A stretch of DNA of 64,000 nt from a virus. Below, piece by piece: positions 1 through 11,685 of this stretch (position 1 is its first letter; each line of letters starts with the position of its first letter). The notes below the pieces were generated by a model. That model searched no databases. It was given only the letters and a program-made list of their open reading frames with translations, and was not told where the DNA came from. The stretch covers positions 1-64,000 of the IMG/VR virus record IMGVR_UViG_3300033545_000001. One strand, 5' to 3'. The position numbers were made by a program, and so were the translations under genes.

Positions 1-153
1 AAAAAGGCCTTGATGATAGACGGAGAATTAGTATGACGGATGTTGAATTGGAAATTGAAAGACTTGCAAAACTGGCTGACAGTGACACAGTTCAGGATAT
101 GGACTCTGATCCTGTAGAGCCGGACCTAGAAATCGGATGGATAGTGGAGGCTA

Positions 154-588
154 TTGATGGATCTAAGTAAGATTAGATACTTCTATCCTGTCCTCAATGA
201 AAAAGGCGAAATGGTAGCGCTGTGCACGACCAAGCCTGAGGCTGCGAAGATTGCTGGTCCTGACGATGAGATCGGAGTCGTCCCCATCGGGCTGCTCAAC
301 ACAAATCTCGGAGTGGCCAAGTACACGCCTCCTACTCCTGCTGTGACGACCTACGGGGAGTACGTAGGAGAGACCGACCTGAGGCCTCAGAAGGCCCGTA
401 CAAGGCCTAGCACAGCCGCTCAGGTAATCCAGCAAGGGTCACTGGCTGACAGGCTCGCAGCGGACGGCTATGACCCTCTGGATCTGGACAGTTCTGATGC
501 CGAGTTCGATGAATATTACGCTGGTCCTCCCAGCACGGCTTTTGCCAGCGGAGAATTCGATGTGCCTCCAGCATGGGGGAGCGTTTGA
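154..588 (+). CDS. hypothetical protein, acidic C-terminus
   Basis: 144-aa ORF preceded by a GGAGG RBS. Confidence 0.6.
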   Translation: MMDLSKIRYFYPVLNEKGEMVALCTTKPEAAKIAGPDDEIGVVPIGLLNTNLGVAKYTPPTPAVTTYGEYVGETDLRPQKARTRPSTAAQVIQQGSLADRLAADGYDPLDLDSSDAEFDEYYAGPPSTAFASGEFDVPPAWGSV

Positions 589-1265
589 ACAACCATGACT
601 ATGTAGAGAATTACTACATAAGAACTGGCATCTCCACTGTGATTGGATGTAGGCATTGTCCCTGGGCTTCGAGCGCAGATACGTCAGAGGTCCAGGGATG
701 GCCTTGGGTGCTATATCAATCAGCACAGGGTCATAAGGAATGTCTCAATAGCAATGATATAGGCTTGTTGGTAACTTATTGCAAATGTGAGGGCTACAGA
801 CAGGGACACTGGAATACATGTCAACAGGATTTGACTTTGCAGGTGTATGCATTATCTGCTGGGAAAACTACGAACTCAAAGAAACTCCGGACGGAATCGT
901 GTGGGATATTTGCTATAGATGTTGGGAGTTTGAAGAAGCCTGCAAGAACAAGCCCGGCTTTCTCGAAAATTACAGGACGTACGTCTCAGAGAAGGGTGGT
1001 AGCAAGTGAGCGAGATTCTAGAGGATAACATGGTGTATCCTGAAAATGGATTACCGTTTTGTAAGGACTGTGGTTAGTTATGGACGATTTCTGGCTGATT
1101 GATTTCACTATCATTCCTGTAGACAACTATCTAAGATCCCCAGGCTTGAAGTTCAAATGCGTGGCCTGTAAAGAAGGCTGGGAGTCCAAAGTGTACCGTG
1201 AAGGGGAGTGCCTTTACAGCGCTATACAGGAACTTTACAGAGATCATGGCATAAAGCATAAGTAA

Positions 1266-1293
1266 GGGCCAGAGGGAATATTCCCTCTGGCCC
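1266..1293. terminator. 28-bp perfect palindrome between convergent genes
   Basis: GGGCCAGAGGGAATATTCCCTCTGGCCC lies between the + ORF ending at 1265 and the - ORF ending at 1333. Confidence 0.6.
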
Positions 1294-1332
1294 GCTGTCA
1301 TACCAGATCAATGAATCTATGTTCTGTAGTGC

Positions 1333-1737
1333 TCATTGCGAGGATTTCACGCATTCCTTCCAGGCTCGTCCTTCGTCCTGCTTCCTCTGGACATTGAGTA
1401 GAAAGATGTCGCTAGCAGGATCACGTCTCTCAGGCGGCATGAAGAGGTACAGCAGCTCTGTTACCTCAGTACTCAGATTGAACTCTTTGATGTCCTCCAG
1501 GGTGACTCCCAGCCTGTGTAGAGCGTGTCCTACGATACAGCCAGCTGCGTAATTGCCGTCCTGGCCAATATCGAAGTAGGCACAGTGTAGTATTCTGGGA
1601 TTTCTGTCCTTGCTGGAAAGCTTATAGACGTGCTCGGGATAAGAATCAGCAACTTCTATGACCTTATCCGCCAGCTGCTGAGAGGTGAAATCAAATGTCA
1701 TATTCTCCATCTTCATCTCCTTCATACTCTGAATCAC
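1333..1737 (-). CDS. hypothetical protein, paralog family A (CxYFD..G..C[IL][VI]G.[AG]L..LG)
   Basis: Shares motifs with 6205-6576 and 6563-6958. Confidence 0.7.
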   Translation of the reverse strand: MIQSMKEMKMENMTFDFTSQQLADKVIEVADSYPEHVYKLSSKDRNPRILHCAYFDIGQDGNYAAGCIVGHALHRLGVTLEDIKEFNLSTEVTELLYLFMPPERRDPASDIFLLNVQRKQDEGRAWKECVKSSQ

Positions 1738-1961
1738 TGTCGTAATCTTCTGACGCTATACTCCAGATAACTTTGTCATCTCGCCAGTCTATTGGATTAT
1801 CCCAAGTAACTTGAAGGATGTCTCCGCAATGAACGAAATAGTCGTCCTTCTTAATGGCAGAGATTGCAGCTTCTACATAAGCTTGAAGATCTTCAGGATC
1901 TACTACTCCAAGGGCTATAAGGTTGTTGAGAATCTTAATCCTGAGAATTCTTTCGCCTTGA

Positions 1962-2276
1962 CTACTCATCATCTTCCTCTACTACATAAACTTCGACACG
2001 CTCATAGTCAGCGCCAGGATCCTCCTGATACCACCTTACGTCAGTCCTATCTCCGGCTGCTCTTGTTTTACGAGTATTCAGACGGAAATATCCTGGCTCA
2101 AAATACAGCTTCATGTACTCAAGGTCGGTAATCTGGCCGAAAGCCTGGTGGGCTGCCTTTGTCCAGGCAGGATAGCCATTGATGCCAGGCTCGCCAAGAG
2201 CTTTGATGACAGAGACATCCCGAACAGCAAAACTGCTCTTGGGAATTACCTTATCGCCTACTTTGAATTCTGCCAT
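1962..2276 (-). CDS. hypothetical protein with PGYF module
   Basis: ORF in a tightly overlapping minus-strand gene string. Confidence 0.6.
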   Translation of the reverse strand: MAEFKVGDKVIPKSSFAVRDVSVIKALGEPGINGYPAWTKAAHQAFGQITDLEYMKLYFEPGYFRLNTRKTRAAGDRTDVRWYQEDPGADYERVEVYVVEEDDE

Positions 2277-2504
2277 CAGGCACCTCTCAGATAACTACGA
2301 GCAATATCCACCATACGGTAGTGAGTTTCTTCTCCCAAATCAGACCAGCCTTCTTGCCATTCGGCTACTTCCTTCATGAACTCGCCAAGCAGAACAGCTG
2401 AAGTCACCTTAGCTTGCCTGCCGTCCTCAATGATGGTCAGGGCTGCTTCCATGAGGTCTTTCTCCTCTGAATCCCTCTTGGCTCTAAAAGCGCTTACGAT
2501 GTCT

Positions 2505-2876
2505 TCATGACTCATCAGTGTTCTCCTCTGGGAATAGTAGGCTTCGTCCATTCTCGGTAAGTCCGAACATCACTGCCTGCTCCAGAGTCTCAGCGTAGTA
2601 CCAGTCCACGTGTCCTAGGCAGTCGTAACCAGTCGAGTCACATGAGGCTGAGACCGTTGCGTAGCGGCCGTCTTTTAGGCGTAGGAGCGCGTGCACGTCC
2701 TCTTCGGCATAGCTACCCTTCCAAGCGCTGAAAGCCTCCAGAGAGGCCAAAGCAGACGGCTCTGGGGCCTCTTCCTCGCCACTGTTCCACCCCAATGCGC
2801 GGCCTCCACTGAGTAGATGGCCGTAGCGACTGATGAATCCCTCTAGATCCATATCTATATTAGTGTTTCCGTACAT
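2505..2876 (-). CDS. hypothetical phage protein
   Basis: ORF with an AGAGGGG RBS; LKDGRYATVSASCDSTGYDC motif. Confidence 0.65.
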   Translation of the reverse strand: MYGNTNIDMDLEGFISRYGHLLSGGRALGWNSGEEEAPEPSALASLEAFSAWKGSYAEEDVHALLRLKDGRYATVSASCDSTGYDCLGHVDWYYAETLEQAVMFGLTENGRSLLFPEENTDES

Positions 2877-2957
2877 GATTAACCCCTCTACTGAAATAAG
2901 AGCTGGAGGGAATTCCCTCCAGCTCTATACTAGCACGACCACGCTGTGTCTGCAACC

Positions 2958-3227
2958 CTAGCTATTCCATCCGTCTGACTGTGATGTGTAGGCCACAAGC
3001 ACTTTCTTTGCATTAGATCGCTCATTGTTACATCTTTTATGAGCAAGGCGGATATTCCATGACGCATGTGCTCCGCCTTGCGCTCGTTCTTTCACATGAT
3101 CTCTAGAAGCATTGGCCTCTGAAACATAGTTTCCACATAGCCAACATTTGTAACCATCCCTCTCCATCAGCTTTCTGATGGTTATGCCTGGCTTACCAGT
3201 TCGAGGCCTTCCTGTTCTTTTAGGCAA
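2958..3227 (-). CDS. HNH endonuclease
   Basis: RDGYKCWLC...RDHVKERAQGG...NIRLAHKRCN. Confidence 0.85.
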   Translation of the reverse strand: MPKRTGRPRTGKPGITIRKLMERDGYKCWLCGNYVSEANASRDHVKERAQGGAHASWNIRLAHKRCNNERSNAKKVLVAYTSQSDGWNS

Positions 3228-3231
3228 AGCA

Positions 3232-3693
3232 TCACCCGTAGAACGCAGTCAGGTACCATTGGGGACCTTGATCTGGAACTGGAATACCCATCTCGATAAG
3301 ATGATTGTTCAAGACATCTTCCCAGCCTTCATGAATAGGGTCCAGATAAGGTATAACTTTCATGCCAGTCCACTCTGTAAACATTCGAGAGCTGTCAATA
3401 CACAGGTAAGGAAGACCATAGTCATAGGAGCCTGCCAGTCCCCAGTAGATATCTCCCAAGGCCTTCTCTTCAGCATTGACTGCTGCAAAATAATCATCTA
3501 GCTCAGTGCGATGTTCAGCATACCAAGCATCTTGCAAAGGTCCATACTGTCTAGGGCAAGAACTCCAGTCAGGCCTTACTGCTCCTTTTGCCTGAGCACG
3601 CTCAGTGGCAATGCTGTGAATGTCTGGCGCATCGATTTCTCCTTCTCCGAAGTGATAGCCGAAGAAGATAATACCTTCAGGTGACATTCCCAT
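3232..3693 (-). CDS. hypothetical protein, tandem paralog of 3706-4203
   Basis: MG....IFFGY N-terminus and P.W.L.A.YG C-terminus shared with its neighbour. Confidence 0.7.
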   Translation of the reverse strand: MGMSPEGIIFFGYHFGEGEIDAPDIHSIATERAQAKGAVRPDWSSCPRQYGPLQDAWYAEHRTELDDYFAAVNAEEKALGDIYWGLAGSYDYGLPYLCIDSSRMFTEWTGMKVIPYLDPIHEGWEDVLNNHLIEMGIPVPDQGPQWYLTAFYG

Positions 3694-3705
3694 GATAAGC
3701 TCCTA

Positions 3706-4203
3706 TCAGCCGTAACTCGCGATTAGCCACCAACCAGGCTGGTTATGGCCTTCTGGAAGATCAATTCCTAGAGTAGTGAGATAGTCTTGAAGTTGACTAT
3801 CCCAATCGGGACTCTTTGTCAGACCATCAATAGCAGTAGGCTCTCCAGACCATCCGGTTGTCTCTGTCCCCTTGATTGAAGCGCAGTACACAGGCCAATC
3901 ATAGTGTCCATGAGTAGTGATTTCCACATTGCTGCGACGCTCGATCTCTCGAAGAGTATCATACCAAGCATCAAGCTCTCCGTCGTGCTCTGCTTGCCAA
4001 GCAGTACGAATAGGCTCGAATTCTTCATAAGACATTCCCTCGTTGTCAGGGTAATTATCCCAAGGATTGACATGGCCTTCTGCTATAGCTGTTCGCTCTG
4101 TTAGTACATCGATGTCAAGCATCTCTCCGTCTTCATCTTCCAGGCCGATATCATCGCCTAGCCAATAGCCGTAGAAAAGTGTTGCTGATGCGTAAATTCC
4201 CAT
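3706..4203 (-). CDS. hypothetical acidic protein, tandem paralog of 3232-3693
   Basis: MGIYASATLFYGY...PGWWLIASYG. Confidence 0.7.
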   Translation of the reverse strand: MGIYASATLFYGYWLGDDIGLEDEDGEMLDIDVLTERTAIAEGHVNPWDNYPDNEGMSYEEFEPIRTAWQAEHDGELDAWYDTLREIERRSNVEITTHGHYDWPVYCASIKGTETTGWSGEPTAIDGLTKSPDWDSQLQDYLTTLGIDLPEGHNQPGWWLIASYG

Positions 4204-4717
4204 TTTATCTCCTTAACAATGATCTAATGTAACATGGAGGAGAGCAACATCCACATTCAATGTAATGGCCATAGCTTCAGCCATTACATCTGCTTCTTTA
4301 TACTTCTTCTCGCTCCACAGTACTTCTTGAGTTCTATCATTCATAACGACGTATACTTTTGCCTGCTTGAAAGGTGTTACGATTTCTACTGATTTATATG
4401 CGGGATGATTTCGAAACTTTCTCAAATACTAATCCTCTCTATCTTTACGATGTGACCCATCAAGTGGTGAATATCATTTTTAGCACACATTCCACAACGA
4501 AATCCCCTGCGATAGGCTAGAGCTATCTTCGATTCTACCAGTTCCTTATGATAATTGCAATAAGGAGTGGGATTAGCCACATGAATAGGACAGGAACGTT
4601 CCCAGAAGATATTCCACACAGCTTCATTCGAGCAGTCGGAAAGATGACAGGAAGGCCTAGGCTCCAGAGGCAGTACCCATAGAAGTTCCAGTTCTTCCAA
4701 TATTATTTCAGCCACGC

Positions 4718-4996
4718 TCATTTCTTGCTCCTCTCTACTGGAGGTATCCAGTCTTCTGGCAAACTATCCGCTTTTTCAGAATTGCATTCCCGGCAGATCC
4801 ATTGAATATTGCTTAGGTCGTTTGAGCCGCCCCGAGACTTAGGTTGGATATGGTCCCTGGTCAGACGAATTTCTTTCAACCCACATGTAGGACAATTACC
4901 CAAATTACTACGGCGGGCAGCCCGATGCTTACGCATAGCTGCCCGTCGCCGCGCCCTCGTCTCTAGCCAGTCTCTTTCGACTGGAGAAAGTGCCAT
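4718..4996 (-). CDS. HNH endonuclease
   Basis: CPTC...DHIQPKSRGGSNDLSNIQWICRECN. Confidence 0.9.
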   Translation of the reverse strand: MALSPVERDWLETRARRRAAMRKHRAARRSNLGNCPTCGLKEIRLTRDHIQPKSRGGSNDLSNIQWICRECNSEKADSLPEDWIPPVERSKK

Positions 4997-5668
4997 ATCA
5001 TTAAACTACTTCCAACTCTAGCTCTTCCATGTTAAGGTCGAGTTCATTTTCAGAATACTCTGTATCATCCCAGTAGAGAGAATCTTCTGACTCTTCATCG
5101 AAGTCGAATTCATCAACTTCATTGACATGGGATTCCAAATACTGCCAACCATAAGGCACCATGTCCTTCAGCTGTGTCTTAGTGGGAATCCCTTTGAAGT
5201 AAGTTACTTCAAAGTCAGTCTCAAATTCATCAATGCCGTATCTGACTGATAAATCCCTGCGGAAAATAACTTCAGCACGGTGTGTGGCTTCATTGGGATT
5301 GCGAGTAAAGGTGGCCATCTAAGTCAAACTCCGCTCTTTGAGGTCTATTGTATCACGATTCGACGTAGGGCACAACCTGTACTCGCACTGACCCTTCTGG
5401 AGGAGTGATCCCTGAGTCGATTTCAGACTGAGTGTAGTAGGCCAGATCTGTAGCTGTGCCTCCGTCGTATCTGTCCACCGGAGTTTCAAGCTCTTCCTGA
5501 TCCATGTACCAGCCTGGAACGAACTTCTTCAGCTTGGGAGTGAGTATCACTGTGATATTATAGTCATCTGGAGGAAAAGCCTCTCCCAGATCATCCTCTT
5601 CTTCACGAATAACACTCATTCGGCCATAGCCTAAAGTAGCGCCCCATACGTTCTCGAAAACAATCTCG

Positions 5669-6007
5669 TCATCCATTGCTTATGTACCTTTCTATTGCTG
5701 TTGAAAGAAGACTGTCTACATGTGCTCTGGTAGTAGTCTTATAATCATTCCACTGGCCTACACCTGAATGATGCCCGATCTGATCAGTCAGTGCGTTACT
5801 CAATGCAAGAAGAGCTACTTCAGTATTCTGATACCATGTGTTGATATCCTTAGCGGCTGTATGAAGAGCTCCTACTAGACAACGGCCTTGTACTTTGTCC
5901 TCTGGGGAACTGTGCAGCTTGCCTTGAATCCAACCATCTCGATCAAGAACGACTTGAGTCTGTCTGAGAACATCTACCACGCCAAATCGATTAATCTTCC
6001 CACTCAT
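5669..6007 (-). CDS. DUF6197-like phage protein
   Basis: GWIQG...RCLVGAL...WND motif; paralog at 15373-15744. Confidence 0.55.
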   Translation of the reverse strand: MSGKINRFGVVDVLRQTQVVLDRDGWIQGKLHSSPEDKVQGRCLVGALHTAAKDINTWYQNTEVALLALSNALTDQIGHHSGVGQWNDYKTTTRAHVDSLLSTAIERYISNG

Positions 6008-6204
6008 TGTATTCCTTACCTGTAGCGTAGAAGTAAAGCTTTTTAAGCTCGTTGGCATGACTTTGATGATTGGTTAGATCACGTTCAGCGTTTTCGAATC
6101 TCTTACGCGCATCATTTAGATCTTCTTCAGCGTCGTATACTCGATAAATCTCTTCGTCAATATCTTTCTTCAGCTGGGCAACGTATTCCTCTTTGGCAGG
6201 ATAC

Positions 6205-6576
6205 TCAGCCATCACTCTCAGCCATTCGCTTGTCTGCCTTCTTCACAGCACCATCCCAAGTCTCGCCGCAATCCTGATAGGCCTGAACATTTCTCAGCCA
6301 GCAAGTCTCTGAAGCAGGAGTGCTATTCCAGTCATTTAACAGCTCAGCAATAGCCATGAAGTTCTCCGAATCACTCATATCTTCTAGAGTGATTCCCAAC
6401 TTGGCAAGTCCGTGACCGATCAAGCAGGAAGGATTGCCTTCTGCATCGAAGTAGACACAGGCCTTGTTGCCCGCGTTATCAATTACAGGCGTGTTGTAAA
6501 CAGTATCAGGATTCTCTTGAACGATAGCTCGAATCTCAGTTTCTAGTTCTAATGCAGTGACTTCAGTCTTCATCAT
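6205..6576 (-). CDS. hypothetical protein, paralog family A
   Basis: CVYFDAEGNPSCLIGHGLAKLG...QAYQD.G..W. Confidence 0.7.
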   Translation of the reverse strand: MMKTEVTALELETEIRAIVQENPDTVYNTPVIDNAGNKACVYFDAEGNPSCLIGHGLAKLGITLEDMSDSENFMAIAELLNDWNSTPASETCWLRNVQAYQDCGETWDGAVKKADKRMAESDG

Positions 6577-6958
6577 AGTCATCCTCCTCTTCCCGATTAT
6601 TCTCTGCTTCTTGATTGTCTGCTGCTCTGATAGCCTCTGACCACTTGAATCCAGTATCCTGGTAGTCTTGAGCATTCTCAAGCCACTCAGCCAGAGCGTC
6701 ATCAGCATCTACAATGATTCCTGCCTTGATAAGACCACCAATGCCGTCTGTATTATGCCCCTTCACGGACTCCATTGTCAAGCCCAGACGGGAAAGACCT
6801 TGGCCCACGAGGCAGGAAGGGCAGCCGTCCTCATCAAAGTAAACGCAGACTGGAACACCATCATCAATAAAAGCTTTCTTGTAGATCTTGTTAGGATTCT
6901 CATCTGCCACTTCCCTCATAGCTGCTTGCAACTCAGCTGCATCTACCCAATCATTCAT
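6563..6958 (-). CDS. hypothetical protein, paralog family A
   Basis: CVYFDEDGCPSCLVGQGLSRLG...QDYQD.G..W. Confidence 0.7.
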   Translation of the reverse strand: MNDWVDAAELQAAMREVADENPNKIYKKAFIDDGVPVCVYFDEDGCPSCLVGQGLSRLGLTMESVKGHNTDGIGGLIKAGIIVDADDALAEWLENAQDYQDTGFKWSEAIRAADNQEAENNREEEDDYDED

Positions 6959-7123
6959 TTGCCGCATTCCTCCAGGTGATAGTAGGCCCATAGCTTAACA
7001 TCATAGAGAGTGTAACCATGCTCTATAAGAGTATCTTCAAAGCAATGGTTACACTCCACATACATCCAATTATTATCCTGACGATAGCTGAAATCCTTCA
7101 ACCAGTCAGGTTCATCAAAGTCT

Positions 7124-7606
7124 TCACTCATCTGGGAAGATCACTGTGATTTCGTAGCCGGTACCATAGTATCCGTTGCCATCAGTGCCGTCAACCTGCA
7201 TCAGGTTGATCTCCTCAGCGCCAGCGTAAACAAAGATGCGGTAACTGACATACTCATCACTGTACTCGTCATAGCAGCTAGTCTCTGTGGCAAGGCGCAC
7301 ACTGGTGATAACATTATCCACTGTGGCAAGATGCTGTAGATCGTAGTTGCCGCTGTCGCAGCCTCCGCATCCCTCGTTGCCCTTGACGTACACCTGAGTG
7401 CCGTCATCAAGGATGATATACCCGTCCGACTCGGAACGCCAGTGGCCTACTGTCATGGGAATATGCATTCCTACCTTATTAGCCTCTACAACCTTACGAC
7501 CGACTAGCCAGCTGTAATCCTCAGCACTATCGCATTCTGTTAGAATCTCAGTCTTCATCCTGTCCTCCTCCTTCGTAGAGCATATCATGAAGCTCTGTCC
7601 AGTCAA
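7124..7606 (-). CDS. conserved-looking phage hypothetical protein
   Basis: NEGCGGCDSG and GNGYYGTG motifs; true start probably about 7558. Confidence 0.6.
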   Translation of the reverse strand: MTGQSFMICSTKEEDRMKTEILTECDSAEDYSWLVGRKVVEANKVGMHIPMTVGHWRSESDGYIILDDGTQVYVKGNEGCGGCDSGNYDLQHLATVDNVITSVRLATETSCYDEYSDEYVSYRIFVYAGAEEINLMQVDGTDGNGYYGTGYEITVIFPDE

Positions 7607-7891
7607 TGTCTTCAGTCAGAGCATCGAATACCTTGCCGATGAACTTGCTTTTGAAATAGACACTATCAGCTTCCGCGTAAAAAGCATCACGCAGATCTTC
7701 AATACGGCCGAACCTATCCTGAGACACTTCACAGCCACGCTTGTAATCCATGATTGGGAGATCCCAGAAAGCATGAATCTTGCTCAACATGTCAGAGTCA
7801 GTGATGATCAAATCGTAGAGGATCTGCGTGGGACTCACAGGGTAATCCATGGCTCTCCTTCTCGTTGTCGTCTAAGAAGACCATAGCATAC

Positions 7892-8293
7892 TTACAGAGC
7901 CGGGTCAACCTGCTCAGCATCAACCCCGGCAATAACCTGAGCGGCTCCAGAAGCCTTTCTAGCCTCTGCATAGGACTCTGCCCCACTGAGGGCTCCATAG
8001 TCCGTTGCAAGGTTGGCATAGAGGCTGTAGACCGTGTTCACGAGCAAGCCTATAGCTAGCCAGACGTGAGGAGCGAAGAAGAACAGGCTTAGCACTACAG
8101 GGAAATTGCAAAGCCAATAGACGCAGGCCCATTTGTGAATACTGGCCTGCGTCTGAGGGTTGGTCTCTAGGTCTTTGAAGAATATCTTTAACCATCCATG
8201 GCGAGAAATTCTAGGAGCTGTATTAGCACGATCTAGTCTTGAATTGAGCTTCTTAATTTCAGCAAGGAGATCGTGATGAACTTTTTCAGTCAT
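7892..8293 (-). CDS. membrane protein
   Basis: Two hydrophobic segments. Confidence 0.55.
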   Translation of the reverse strand: MTEKVHHDLLAEIKKLNSRLDRANTAPRISRHGWLKIFFKDLETNPQTQASIHKWACVYWLCNFPVVLSLFFFAPHVWLAIGLLVNTVYSLYANLATDYGALSGAESYAEARKASGAAQVIAGVDAEQVDPAL

Positions 8294-8520
8294 GATTGGT
8301 CCAAGTAGTAGACAAAGGGAAGCAATTGCTTCCCTGCTAAGGAAATCGTCTTACTTGGCTGCGGAGTTGAACTGTTCTACGCCATGCTTCTTTTCAAGCT
8401 CAATGAGGCCTATATCCCTCTTACGGCGCTTAAGGAACTTTTCAATCTCGTAACGTAGTTTTCCAATACCCGCACCAATCATCAAGCACAGGATAAGTCC
8501 GCCAATGAATACAGTTACTA

Positions 8521-8805
8521 TCATCCGATATCTCCTTCATCTTCTAAATCTTCAGCCCCTGAAGCTTCGTCAGACAGAGAGGGCTCTGGTATAATAAGTG
8601 GACGGTTATCTTCCACTGTGAAGAATCCTGCGCCTAGGAGGGAAGCCTGAAACCTGTTGGCATGATGACCGCAGAAATCTAGAATGTGACCTTTGCCATT
8701 CATGACACGGACTGCTCCCTGTCCAACACACCTATCGCATCGATCCGCCAATTTGAGCGGCTCAACATCCTTGATCAGTGCTTTCATCTCGCCTTCAGAT
8801 ACCAT
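8521..8805 (-). CDS. small Zn-finger protein of actinobacterial type
   Basis: DRCDRC...LDFCGHH. Confidence 0.6.
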   Translation of the reverse strand: MVSEGEMKALIKDVEPLKLADRCDRCVGQGAVRVMNGKGHILDFCGHHANRFQASLLGAGFFTVEDNRPLIIPEPSLSDEASGAEDLEDEGDIG

Positions 8806-9792
8806 GCTTACGCTCCTTTGATAGATCCTGCATCACTTGATCGAGTTCATGCCAGGCGTGCTCCAGCTCTATTCTGCGCTCAAGAGGACTGTCAGCACTC
8901 ATGGAATCCACAAGGTGAAGCTGCACAGAAAGCAGAGCGCGCTCCAGCTCAGACATGTTCATGAACTCGGTCATAAGATCCCAGGCTGAATCTGCTTTAT
9001 AAGTGCTGAGAATAGCTTTGGAGCGCTCAGGGGTTGTCATCGTTTACTCCTTTCTTCTTGCTATGGTCATATCTATTGTCTTCTTCATTCAATCTTGAGG
9101 CTATGTCTTGCATTACTTCTATATCTAGAGATTGATAGCGATCTCCGTAAAAGGATACTGCCCAATCACATTTGTAAAAATCATAGATTCCCCAGAGGTC
9201 TTCATATCCAGGGCCATCTAAAGGATATACTTCTTTGCCATCTGCATCAATACGCTTGCTCCTCCCCCGCGCCTGTAATCATAACGCTTCTTCGTGGCCT
9301 TGTAGGGTAAGAATATACGTCGTTCAGGTGTCTGACTCATCCCAGAACTCCTTCACAAGTTGTGCATAGTTCGGGTGATTCATGATGTTCTCCGGCTTGT
9401 ACTCTGGATAAGCCTCATAGAAGCAGTCATTGCACAGAGTTCCATCATCCTCAGGAATAGTACAGGGAAGCCAGAAGAAGGCTCGGTAGCACTTAATGCA
9501 CAACTTCCGGTCCATCACTCTCTCAGCCAATGTTGAACCCCTGTACCACTCCGTAGATCACTCGGGCACCGCAACCGCAGGTGTAGCCCACACGCTTCTT
9601 GGTGGCGCTCTCGCGCCAGTAGGTCTCGACCTCAGCCTCCAGCCCGCAACCGGGGCAGAAGGGAGCGTCAGACAGGACGTAGGTGTTGGAGTCCGGGACA
9701 GCGACCTTCATGTTAATCTCCTCGCTCTCGTTGGGCTGTTAACTACATTCAATCACAGTTCCCGGAACCTGTCAAGCACCCCCTGAAAACAG

Positions 9793-9819
9793 TAAAGCCC
9801 CCTGAGCGGGGGCTTTACC
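9793..9819. terminator. intrinsic terminator hairpin
   Basis: GTAAAGCCCCC-TGAGC-GGGGGCTTTAC. Confidence 0.6.
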
Positions 9820-10116
9820 TTGATCTTACTCTTAGCCGTTCTTGGCTTTGGAATCTTTTACCTTCGGCATGACCGTAGTCTCAGCGGTCGCGCCATCATA
9901 ACTCTGCCAGTCCTTAGCATCCCACTTAGGGGCCGCATGCGTCGGAGCATATCCGCTGTCGTCCTTGACGTCATTTCGCTTGCCTACGTGATTACCCATG
10001 TAATCCTCCAATTGCTAGAGTTTTGTCAATCAATTGATCTTCTGACATATCTGTCATTCTCACAGTCAAGAATAACCCAATTAACATAGTCGCCAAACTT
10101 CTTAACTACGTACCTC

Positions 10117-10338
10117 TCACCCATTATGGCCCTTTCCCAGCATCCATACTGTGAATTCTGAAATGTTGTCATCATGCAAGTAAGGGTCTAAATCTACATC
10201 TCCCCGAATTTGCGTAGCCAAGTCGGGATGCTGCTCGTCTAGCACTGATGCATAAAGCTTACCAAGAGGCCAATCAGGCATCAATACTTGCCTTCGTGCA
10301 ACCTCACTGAAATATTTCAGCAACTCAAGATTAGTCAT
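10117..10338 (-). CDS. hypothetical protein, paralog of 19946-20356
   Basis: W..G..YA..LD..HPDL...D.Y..DDNI..F..W. Confidence 0.6.
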   Translation of the reverse strand: MTNLELLKYFSEVARRQVLMPDWPLGKLYASVLDEQHPDLATQIRGDVDLDPYLHDDNISEFTVWMLGKGHNG

Positions 10339-10903
10339 TAAATGTCATCCTTAATCACCGTATTCTCCCAGGAATTCGTTAAGCGCATCTCTGAGTTCCT
10401 TTGCCTGAGCAACATTGAGATGCTGATCAAAGCTCTTGCAATGAACACTCTCTTCAATAAACAGCCACACACTTGGAATCACATTGGAAGATTCCTGGAT
10501 TCGAATATTGCCGCCATAGGAAGTAGGAATCTCCTTGTATATGGCAAATCCTCGCTCAGTAAAGTCTTTAGGCATTAAATATCATACATCCTTTCCTGAT
10601 AGCACTTGTAGCAAATGAACATATAGTGCGTCTCGTCATACAGATCCAGCATGTAAGGATCAATGACCCAATGAGCTTCCTTGTTCGGGCAGTGGGAACA
10701 GGTTCCCTGAGCGTCCATATCTTCAGGCACAGTTTCCTGATTGATCTCATCTTCAAGGGCTGCAATGATGCTGTCAAGACGATTCTCAGCCTCAACAGCT
10801 CCCAGGAAAGCCATATTCACATTCTGCTCTCCTAGGTAATCACAGACAGAGATGGTCTTGATACGCACAGTCTTGAGTGATGCTGCAAGGTCACGAATAT
10901 CCA

Positions 10904-11272
10904 TCAGTTGCCTCCCAAGAAGTTAAGCTTCGAGCGGACAATCTCATTGTTCTCCGTCATGTAACTGACCATACCACAACCTAGCCATGTCTCGCCATCC
11001 CACTCAAGCCAGATGGAATCCCCGTAGAAGTCCGTCCTACGCTTCAGGACGGGAGTGTAGCCAGTCATGGTGTAGTAGCCGTCCTCCAGCGCTGGGAGAG
11101 GCTCAGGCAGCCTCTGAGGCCTTGCAGTGACGGGAATCCACAGATCCCAGCCGTTAACCATGCGGGCAGTCAACATCTCACCACTGTTGCCCGCACGCAG
11201 ATCTTCAATAGTCTCCACCTCGAACGCGGGGATCAGGTACCTTGCCATGTGGATCTCCTTCCCTAGAAACAA
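10904..11272 (-). CDS. hypothetical protein with DGYY module
   Basis: LEDGYY..W..WDG..W; promoter immediately upstream; start probably 11248. Confidence 0.6.
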   Translation of the reverse strand: MFLGKEIHMARYLIPAFEVETIEDLRAGNSGEMLTARMVNGWDLWIPVTARPQRLPEPLPALEDGYYTMTGYTPVLKRRTDFYGDSIWLEWDGETWLGCGMVSYMTENNEIVRSKLNFLGGN

Positions 11273-11322
11273 ACCAGCTCCATGCCAGTTACCCTAGCAT
11301 GGAGCTGATTACTTGTCAACCT

Positions 11323-11685
11323 TCACACGTCGCTGAAATTCATGTCAAGCTTCTCGAAGCTGTACTTTTTGATCCACTCGATCTCATCGTCTAGGCTACA
11401 GTTAACCCACTTAGACAATGCAGTATCATAGCGCTGCCAGTCTTCATGGTCTGAGAGCCTACGCCATAGAGAACCTGTCTCACGACTAAGGTAGTATCCG
11501 CTGTCTGCCACTTCAGTAACCTTGGCATCCTTGGGGATTCGGAAAGGCCTTCGATCTCCAAGAACAGAAGTGTCGAAAGGAACTAGAATCATGCCGTCAC
11601 CAGTTCCATCATTGAACTTGTTGTTTTCCTCCCAGTCCGGATAGTAGTCGCCATCAACAGTGTATTCCACCTTATATTTAGACAA
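11323..11685 (-). CDS. hypothetical protein with SGYY module
   Basis: IPKDAKVTEVADSGYYLSRETG; paralog of 11678-12028. Confidence 0.65.
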   Translation of the reverse strand: MSKYKVEYTVDGDYYPDWEENNKFNDGTGDGMILVPFDTSVLGDRRPFRIPKDAKVTEVADSGYYLSRETGSLWRRLSDHEDWQRYDTALSKWVNCSLDDEIEWIKKYSFEKLDMNFSDV